Assembly: GCA_018241685.1 (NCBI GenBank)
Contig: JAFEDJ010000019.1
Span: forward strand, 1,265 to 65,264
Origin: Pseudomonadota bacterium
Lineage (GTDB): Bacteria > Pseudomonadota > Gammaproteobacteria > Burkholderiales > Rhodocyclaceae
DNA: 64,000 bases
Direction: 5' to 3'
Shown here: piece after piece, positions 1-5,819 of the stretch
How the letters are laid out: each line of letters starts with the position of its first letter
How positions within the stretch are numbered: the first letter of the stretch is position 1
Position numbers and translations under genes: made by a program
The notes under the pieces: model-generated
What the model saw: only the letters and a program-made list of their open reading frames with translations
Told to the model about the DNA's origin: nothing
The model's database searches: none

Positions 1-1
1 T

Positions 2-166
2 AAGAAGCGAAACTTTGTCGCCGAACGCCTCACCGAGACGTTCCAGTTCTATCTGGACTCGCTCGGTGAACTTCTTTTGTTCGGGGGCATAGTCTTCAAA
101 AAAGTAATAGACAAACAACTTCGCTTCGGGCTCGACAGTCCCAAGGTACGTTTGTGTAACCCACAT
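2..166 (-). CDS. Hypothetical cassette protein, 5' part only (MWVTQTYLGTVEPEAKLFVYYFFEDY...), runs off the window
   Basis: ATG at 166 with GGAG 8-11 nt upstream; frame open to base 2; lies directly after the attC-like site at 191-259. Confidence 0.6.
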   Translation of the reverse strand, partial: MWVTQTYLGTVEPEAKLFVYYFFEDYAPEQKKFTERVQIELERLGEAFGDKVSLL

Positions 167-190
167 TATAACACTCCGATATGATATGAC

Positions 191-259
191 GCCCAATGTT
201 TGAATTCACCGGCCTTGCGCGGCTTTATGCGAAAGTTCCGGTGGAATGATGGTGCCTCA
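191..259 (-). mobile_element. Degenerate attC-like site 1
   Basis: Minus strand reads CCATC-ATTCCAC-CGG...TTCGCATAAAGCCGCGCAAG...CCGGT-GAATT-CAAAC-ATTGGGC. It is an imperfect palindrome with an L''/L' extra base; R' is ATTGGGC (GTTRRRY with G>A) and R'' is eroded. Confidence 0.65.
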
Positions 260-269
260 CTGGAAGGGG

Positions 270-1235
270 CTAGGAGTCAGCTTTGGGTGGCTTGGCTAGG
301 AAGTAGTCCAGACGGCCAATAGGCGAGTAAGGCTTCGCGAGCTTTATGACGGCCCACTTGCTGCCTGCATGAAACACACTCATGGCAGGAACTCGATACT
401 GCATCTCCCGAATCACCAAATGTTCTTTGGTGCCTAAGTCGCGAAGAATCCATTGTTCAAGATACTTGCGTGCTCCCACCTCGCCATCCAGCATGAAGTA
501 GATATTATCGAGGACGTCTTGTACGGTTGTGTCGGGGCCTATCTCGATGTGTTTCACACGTGGGGCTTCGGACTTCATATTGAGGTCTATGGCTACGTTG
601 TACCGGGCGTTGGATGCTGAGGGTAACGCGCCGTTGTCCGCCGTAGCGTTCATTACCTGCGCAAAGCGACGATCAAGATACTCTCGAAGCGTGTCCATCG
701 CCTGCGCGAGCGAAGGATTTGGAGGGGATGTAGACACAATCGCGTCATCCGACTTCTCCCGTGTGAGTGCTGCGACGGCTTCCTCTAGAACAGGGCGCGC
801 CATTCCCTCATCAAAAGGAATCTGATGCATGGCTAGGAGCTTCTCGGCGAAGCGCTTGAGTGAGTCGTAGTCTGCAAGTTGGAACGTCTGGTACATCGCG
901 AGAGGAAAGGGAACATCGGCAACGCTATCAATACCAACGCAGACAGGTATGACGGCACAGTTTATTTGTGCTGCTCCGAACCCTGCTTCGAACAACAGCC
1001 AAGGTCGGTTAACGCTCTGTGGAGTAAGCAGTACCACCAGCGCTCTGCTGTCAGCGATTTGACGGCGTATTTCGTCAAGCCAGACTTGACCAGGACGAAG
1101 CCCACCGCTGGGGCCATCATCAGAAGAGTGCCACACAGAAATTTGTCCGAGCGTGAGGCGCTGTACTGCTTGAGCAATGGCCTTTGCTCTCTCGCGATCA
1201 CGCGAGTCGTGACTGAGGAACAGTTTGTGAGGCAT
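270..1235 (-). CDS. TIR-domain protein (TIR_2-like) with a predicted C-terminal beta-grasp/ubiquitin-like domain
   Basis: N-terminal KLFLSH..RD, VW, ALVVLLTPQS..RPWLLFEAG with the catalytic Glu; C-terminal IEIGPDTTVQDVLDNI...WILRD...GSKWAVI resembles the ubiquitin strand-helix pattern. Confidence 0.8.
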   Translation of the reverse strand: MPHKLFLSHDSRDRERAKAIAQAVQRLTLGQISVWHSSDDGPSGGLRPGQVWLDEIRRQIADSRALVVLLTPQSVNRPWLLFEAGFGAAQINCAVIPVCVGIDSVADVPFPLAMYQTFQLADYDSLKRFAEKLLAMHQIPFDEGMARPVLEEAVAALTREKSDDAIVSTSPPNPSLAQAMDTLREYLDRRFAQVMNATADNGALPSASNARYNVAIDLNMKSEAPRVKHIEIGPDTTVQDVLDNIYFMLDGEVGARKYLEQWILRDLGTKEHLVIREMQYRVPAMSVFHAGSKWAVIKLAKPYSPIGRLDYFLAKPPKADS

Positions 1236-1310
1236 CGGTGGTCCAGTATAGAAAGTTCAGTATTTTCAGCTACTGCTTGTGCTGAAGTGCTACATCGATA
1301 TCCGGAAGGT

Positions 1311-1400
1311 GCATAGCGTTTTTGCATGTCCGAATTTCAAGTAATGCAGACAGCGTCGAGTCGGCCGGTTTTTTACTGGATGCAGCGGATGATCGGTCGG
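1311..1400 (-). mobile_element. Possible degenerate long attC-like site 2
   Basis: Minus strand ...ATCCG..CCAGTAA...TTACTTG..TCGGAC...CAAAAAC-GCTATGC; inverted arms AGTAA/TTACT and TCCG/CGGA; R' GCTATGC (GTTRRRY with T>C); lies between two cassette genes. Confidence 0.4.
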
Positions 1401-1577
1401 AGTCCGGGATTTGACCGAGAAACAGTAGAACATCAAGGACTGAGGATCGACTTCGCCGTGCATCGTTGCTGTGCCTGTAGTTCGGGGGATAAAGCTAGGA
1501 GAGGTGAATGGCCTGTTCGTTCACTGGGTACTGTATCAGTCGAGAGATCAATTACATTGTTGTATATAAGCCACGCT

Positions 1578-2135
1578 TCATATGGAATGACTTTCTGGAT
1601 ACCGGCTGTACAAGCGATTCTGCAAACGTGCTAGTTCCTTCATTGTTTTCATGTACTCCCGTTCGAGCTTCTTTGGCAGGGATATATAGCCGTGTTGGTC
1701 GGCCAGGTTGCCCGTGTTCAAGATTTCAAATCTTCTCTTGGCCAAGTAGAGGAAGCGGGTGACGTCGTGATCTTTGACGAGAGGCTGTCGGAGATTATCA
1801 ACCTGCCTTCCGATGTATTTTCTGTTTGGGTCAGGAAGGAAGGTGATGACATCAAACCGGCGCTCCCGAGAAGAAATGTCAATGTACTCGCCAGTTGGAC
1901 TTAACCAGACGGCATGAAACTCAGCCTCGATGAATACACCCGGACGCTCCCAGATGGCCCAGCCAATCACCTGTTCGCCACCAAAGGACGAGACGTGCCC
2001 TGGAAGGATAGAGAAGCACTCGTTCTCTGGTTGGTTTGGGGGTGGTTGGCAGACGACGGTCGCAGGTACTTGCTCGGGTACGATGCCACAACAAAACTCT
2101 CTGACATGCAGAGCATTAGCAGGGGCAGCACGCAT
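1578..2135 (-). CDS. Hypothetical protein with a transglutaminase/papain-like Cys-His-Asp motif set
   Basis: NECF (C40), GWAIW, AEFHAVW (H74), GEYIDI (D86); start moved to ATG 2135 because the track's start lies inside the attC-like site. Confidence 0.6.
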   Translation of the reverse strand: MRAAPANALHVREFCCGIVPEQVPATVVCQPPPNQPENECFSILPGHVSSFGGEQVIGWAIWERPGVFIEAEFHAVWLSPTGEYIDISSRERRFDVITFLPDPNRKYIGRQVDNLRQPLVKDHDVTRFLYLAKRRFEILNTGNLADQHGYISLPKKLEREYMKTMKELARLQNRLYSRYPESHSI

Positions 2136-2146
2136 AGGGAAATGAC

Positions 2147-2215
2147 CTCTATCATTTGACATGAGCGGCATGGTCGGGCTTGCCGGGACATATCCGCTCG
2201 ATGGAAGGTGGCGTC
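2147..2215 (-). mobile_element. Degenerate attC-like site 3
   Basis: Minus strand CCTTC-CATCGAG-CGGATATGTCCCGGCAAGCCCGACCATGCCG-CTCATG-TCAAAT-GATAGAG. It is a classic attC hairpin with the extra base in L''; R' is GATAGAG; it abuts the kwaB stop codon. Confidence 0.7.
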
Positions 2216-3128
2216 ACACTTGGGTTGCGTCTGGTACGTCGTAGATGAAGTCAGTGACTTCGCTTAGCAGTCGATGGTCAAGCAGTACTTGCATGATTGC
2301 TTTTGTCGTCTGGTCGCAAGGGACGAGTTGCCCTGTTTGTGGATCAAAGTTCAGCCCCCAGTTTCGTCGTGTGTTGACAGTTTGAACCGCATTGAGGAAG
2401 CCGGGGCGCCTAAAAAGCGCCCGCTCCTCAATTCGAGCCATGCGCCTTAGTTGAATCGAGTTCGTTCCAACGTGATCAATTAGAGGCTGCATGTTGGTAA
2501 ACAAGTTTGCAAAGTTCTGGTCTTGCTGAAGTCCAACGAAGGCCTGGGCATAAGAAGCCCGGTGCTCCATCGCCGACTCGAAGGCGCGTTTGCTCGCGAT
2601 GAAAAGGCCTTGCTGGTGTGCGTAAAAATCAAAGGTCTTCTCGATCGCAAAGGCGTTATCCTCAGCTGCAGACAACTCGCCATTTCGAAAAACGATGTTG
2701 ATATGTGTCTTCAGATATGAGGTCTTCCAGTTGCTCGCAGTCTTCTTGACGGCGTAGACGACTTGGCCATTGCAAACGAACTTAACAAGGTAGCCGCCCG
2801 CGTTCTTGAGATCCTTGATCGATTGGACTCGGCAGTCAGGCTCTGGGCGGTCGACTCGTGCCTTGAGGTACTCAAAGTCGCTGCCCGCTAATTGGGTGGT
2901 TAGACAGCTGTTTTCATTGTTTTGAGCGAGGTATGAGTAGGCTGCATACTCCGTAATTCGATTCACTTCGCTTCGCACTACACCAAGAAGCAATGCGTTC
3001 AGTGCTTCGTCAGTTTGAACGTAGTGCGCGGAAAATTTATATGCAGTAGAGCTTCGTTTGTAGACCCAAAGATGGATATGACTATTTTCAAAGTCGAATG
3101 CTCTAAGTGAAGCAAATGTTTGCTGCAT
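2214..3128 (-). CDS. kwaB: Kiwa anti-phage protein KwaB (DUF4868-like)
   Basis: 304 aa soluble protein with LW.YK N-terminus, FAIEKTFDF, FE..M..R and LRRMARI motifs; its ATG directly follows the TAG of the kwaA-like gene. Confidence 0.8.
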   Translation of the reverse strand: MQQTFASLRAFDFENSHIHLWVYKRSSTAYKFSAHYVQTDEALNALLLGVVRSEVNRITEYAAYSYLAQNNENSCLTTQLAGSDFEYLKARVDRPEPDCRVQSIKDLKNAGGYLVKFVCNGQVVYAVKKTASNWKTSYLKTHINIVFRNGELSAAEDNAFAIEKTFDFYAHQQGLFIASKRAFESAMEHRASYAQAFVGLQQDQNFANLFTNMQPLIDHVGTNSIQLRRMARIEERALFRRPGFLNAVQTVNTRRNWGLNFDPQTGQLVPCDQTTKAIMQVLLDHRLLSEVTDFIYDVPDATQV

Positions 3129-3713
3129 CTACTTGTCCCTGAGTATGTAGAAGTCTTGGACGGTCTGCCCCATCTGCTCACCGATCTCAAGGTTGCCGTA
3201 CTTAAGAACGCGAACATCCTTTTCTATGCCATTGATAACAATCGTTGCTTCGTACAGTTTCCACCCGAATATCAGAAGGAGCGGATTCATGAGGATTTGT
3301 CCCGACTTCAGTGTTATGGCAAACATCCAGAGTAGAAAGACTCCGAATCCTATGAGTTTCTGTGGATCACCGTAGGCTATTCCCATGAACGAAACAACGT
3401 ATGGGAAGGTATAGTTAATGATCTCGTTTGGTGTCGCCTTCATCCGCTTTACGTCTATCAAGAACGGACATCTAATTCTCAGAAGGGAACTCTTCGCGAG
3501 AAGCGTCGCCGCCGCAGTGACCGCTAGAAATGAGATGGATAAGACCGGGTTATCAAACGGTACGAACAGACATTCACTAGCTTTGAGGCTTGTGGTTGTA
3601 CAAAAAGGACGTGCCCACCACTGTGCCGATATGTCCTGCATCGCAAGAATGATCGCGAGTGGAAAGTAGGAGCCTAAGAAGATTAGGAGCCCTGGTATCA
3701 GGTGAAATTGCAT
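3129..3713 (-). CDS. kwaA: Kiwa anti-phage membrane protein KwaA
   Basis: About 4 TM segments; SYFPL, NYTFPYVVSF and NPLLLIFGWKLYE motifs; coupled to kwaB. Confidence 0.8.
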   Translation of the reverse strand: MQFHLIPGLLIFLGSYFPLAIILAMQDISAQWWARPFCTTTSLKASECLFVPFDNPVLSISFLAVTAAATLLAKSSLLRIRCPFLIDVKRMKATPNEIINYTFPYVVSFMGIAYGDPQKLIGFGVFLLWMFAITLKSGQILMNPLLLIFGWKLYEATIVINGIEKDVRVLKYGNLEIGEQMGQTVQDFYILRDK

Positions 3714-3758
3714 TGCAGGATGTTAATATTCAAGCGTGGTTCAGTGGTTGTTTGTGAT

Positions 3759-3826
3759 GTCCAACGTCTGAGTTTACTGGTCTGCGCGGTTTGTTGCGCA
3801 GGTCCGGTGGCGTGATGAGGTGGGGA
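3759..3826 (-). mobile_element. attC-like site 4 (intact GTT core)
   Basis: Minus strand CCCCAC-CTCATC-ACGCCAC-CGGACCTGCGCAACAAACCGCGCAGACCAGT-AAACT-CAGAC-GTTGGAC; same repeat family as site 1; R' is a perfect GTTRRRY. Confidence 0.7.
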
Positions 3827-3858
3827 TCGGTACGGAAAATTATTAGCCGTATACTTAG

Positions 3859-4341
3859 CTATTCATCAAAGCCATGAATAATTGACTTGGCAATACAGGT
3901 GCAATCGATGGCAACTCCTGGGAGTAGATAACCTGCTTCCGTAAGCAGCCCAAGGTTTGATTCGAATCGCTGACCAGAAAATCGGGCATGCGACGCATTG
4001 GGGTTGTTCTTCCTTAAACCGCAGGTGGTTGCTGTCCAAATGCATTTGGAAATGCCAAGGTCTTGTTTTCGTACTTGTTCTTTTCGCGCGGCGGCGATAT
4101 TGACGAAGTATCTGGATACAGCTGCGGCCTGACTCTTCTCCAGCTTGTAGCGTGCCGTAACTTCCTTTGCGAGCGAATGTAGATCTCGACCACATTCATA
4201 CACCAAAATACCAAATTCGCTTTTTTCGTCAAATTGAAGAAGAGAAAAATAATCCTTGGCTATCTGCACAGATTGCTCCGGCGAAACCTTGAGTCTCTCT
4301 TCAAAGTCTTTGGCAGTGTATGAAGGGTATCCATTTGGCAT
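3859..4341 (-). CDS. Hypothetical protein with a MuF/SPP1-gp7-like (phage minor head protein) C-terminal motif
   Basis: CIW.......H..FSGQRF...G......LPG..IDCTC...II matches the MuF pattern Y.W...H...G..F...PG..INCRC. Confidence 0.55.
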   Translation of the reverse strand: MPNGYPSYTAKDFEERLKVSPEQSVQIAKDYFSLLQFDEKSEFGILVYECGRDLHSLAKEVTARYKLEKSQAAAVSRYFVNIAAARKEQVRKQDLGISKCIWTATTCGLRKNNPNASHARFSGQRFESNLGLLTEAGYLLPGVAIDCTCIAKSIIHGFDE

Positions 4342-4664
4342 TCACAGTGCCTTTGCTTTTCGGAAGAATTTTAAGAACACGCGAACTCCAATATTTCAAG
4401 CCGACCGGGGGCTATCTCCAACGTAAACCTAATTGTCGCCTTCGTCATTCCACATATGTGGAGCTGGATTGATCCGTGGGGCGTTGCTGGCGCTCCGTCT
4501 TCATAAAGGCGTCAGTAACAAGGACTACAACCCGTCATCATCCGCCCGATTCTCACGTCTGCCGATTCTCAGCAGAATGGCATTTATCCTGTCAGTTTCA
4601 CTATGCACTGCGTCACTCGCGTGCTTCTCCACGGACTGCTTTGCTGCCCCATCAATCGTTCTAC

Positions 4665-4694
4665 TTGACGGTCGTCCAGCACTGGTTCGATACT
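4665..4694 (+). promoter_or_regulatory. Putative sigma70 promoter of the c4 operon
   Basis: TTGACG-N18-GATACT just upstream of the a1/b1 target region. Confidence 0.4.
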
Positions 4695-4757
4695 CCACCG
4701 CGTCACCTAAACAATGGTGATCGGGTGTAGGAACCCGGATTGCAAAGGCCGATGAAG

Positions 4758-4780
4758 GCCGCGTTTTGACGCGGCTTTTT
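4758..4780 (+). terminator. Rho-independent terminator between the a1/b1 sites and the c4 RNA
   Basis: GCCGCGT-TTTG-ACGCGGC followed by TTTTT. Confidence 0.7.
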
Positions 4781-4808
4781 CTTGTCGGAGTACGGTTGCG
4801 CCCTTTCA

Positions 4809-4888
4809 ATGGCGGGCCGTGCGGGGCAGCCGTGAGGCTGGCCGGTTCCTTTGCCCGGTATTCCTACCCCCGCACGGTTCCGCCGCCC
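4809..4888 (+). ncRNA. c4 antisense RNA (P1/P7 C4, P4 CI-like)
   Basis: Closing stem GGCGGGCCGTGCGGGG/CCCCGCACGGTTCCGCC; CAGCC-GTGA-GGCTG GNRA hairpin; exposed CCTTTGC (4848-4854) and TTCCTAC (4861-4867) are complementary to GTAGGAA/GCAAAGG upstream (4727, 4742) and downstream (4891, 4922). Confidence 0.8.
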
Positions 4889-4939
4889 CCGTAGGAAGGG
4901 GTGGCGGAGATGCAAATCGCAGCAAAGGAGCAACACCTC

Positions 4940-5050
4940 ATGACCATTCACGCCGAAGGGCGCGCAGACGTGCGCGTGCCGATTGCATCTGTTTCTTTCG
5001 CTTCACATTCAGCTCATTCGTCGCACGTGACGAGGAGGGCCAGGGCATGA
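4940..5050 (+). CDS. 36-aa peptide in the icd-like position after c4
   Basis: AAGGAG RBS overlapped by a c4 target; MTIHAEGRADVRVPIASVSF...; its stop overlaps the next ATG (ATGA). Confidence 0.5.
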   Translation: MTIHAEGRADVRVPIASVSFASHSAHSSHVTRRARA

Positions 5051-5334
5051 GCACGCCGATGCGCTTTCCCGCCCCCGCGAGCCCGATTTATGTTCTTGCC
5101 AGCGCGGCTGACGCGCTCGCCCTCACCGATCAACTCACCGCACGACAGGCTCAACTACAAGCGCTCCTTGCGATGACCCATGGCAACGCGGGGGATGTCT
5201 TCCGGCGCATGGATGTAGATTGCCAGGAGAACTACCTGTGGGCCTGCGCGATGATTGCGGGGGAGTTGCGGGAACTGATGGAAGCGATTCAGACTAGGTG
5301 GCGTGAAGAGAGGGCAGTGCACATCAAGGAGTGA
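5047..5334 (+). CDS. 95-aa helical hypothetical protein (QLQALL...QENYLWAC), c4-controlled
   Basis: ATGA coupling to the upstream peptide and GAGGAG upstream; corresponds to the 3' part of track ORF 4819..5334. Confidence 0.6.
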   Translation: MSTPMRFPAPASPIYVLASAADALALTDQLTARQAQLQALLAMTHGNAGDVFRRMDVDCQENYLWACAMIAGELRELMEAIQTRWREERAVHIKE

Positions 5335-5342
5335 TGGCGGGA

Positions 5343-5757
5343 ATGTTCATGTTGCCGCCCCCTTGATCATCGAGCGCTCGGCAACTTCTTGATAGCAGCC
5401 GGCAACATGCTTCGTTCACCCGGCAGGCAAGCATGTTGCCGGGTGAACATTCGATGTTGGTGCTGCAGCATTGAATACGCGCTTCAGCGCATTGAGTGCT
5501 CAGGTATCAATATTGAACATTCAATACGCTGATGGTTTATGTTCGGCCGTGAACATTGAATGTTAAGACCGCCGTATAGCATGTAGACGTCGCAATGATT
5601 GATGTTGCGACGTCAACTTTTTTCGTGGACAGCGACGCATGACATATGGAGCCGCTTACATCGAAAGCGCGGCCGTCAACATCGATGGAGGCGCCGGCAA
5701 CATTCGATGTTGCGCCCGCAACGATTCAGCCGCGGGTTTCATCGTTGATCAATGTTG
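5343..5757. repeat. Non-coding array of AACAT/ATGTT half-sites and nested inverted repeats
   Basis: 15 AACAT/ATGTT copies counted; GCAACAT-TCG-ATGTTGC at 5697-5713; 14-bp inverted repeat 5399-5412/5429-5442; 10-bp inverted repeat GACGTCGCAA/TTGCGACGTC at 5586-5614. Confidence 0.8.
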
Positions 5758-5819
5758 ATGGAATATACATCCCTTGTCATCATGCGTGCTCTGATTGAGT
5801 GGGCTCGAGGGAGAAGTCG

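Noticed and set aside
4386-4430. CCAATATTTCAAGCCGAC...GGCTATCTCCAACGTAAAC, resembling a plus-strand attC or attI remnant
   Set aside because: It is too short, has the opposite orientation to the array and lacks a proper stem; it is at best a relic.
4433-4951. Several 80-95 aa ORFs over the c4 region (possible ash-like frames)
   Set aside because: They lack RBS or motif support, and the sequence is better explained by the promoter, terminator and c4 RNA.
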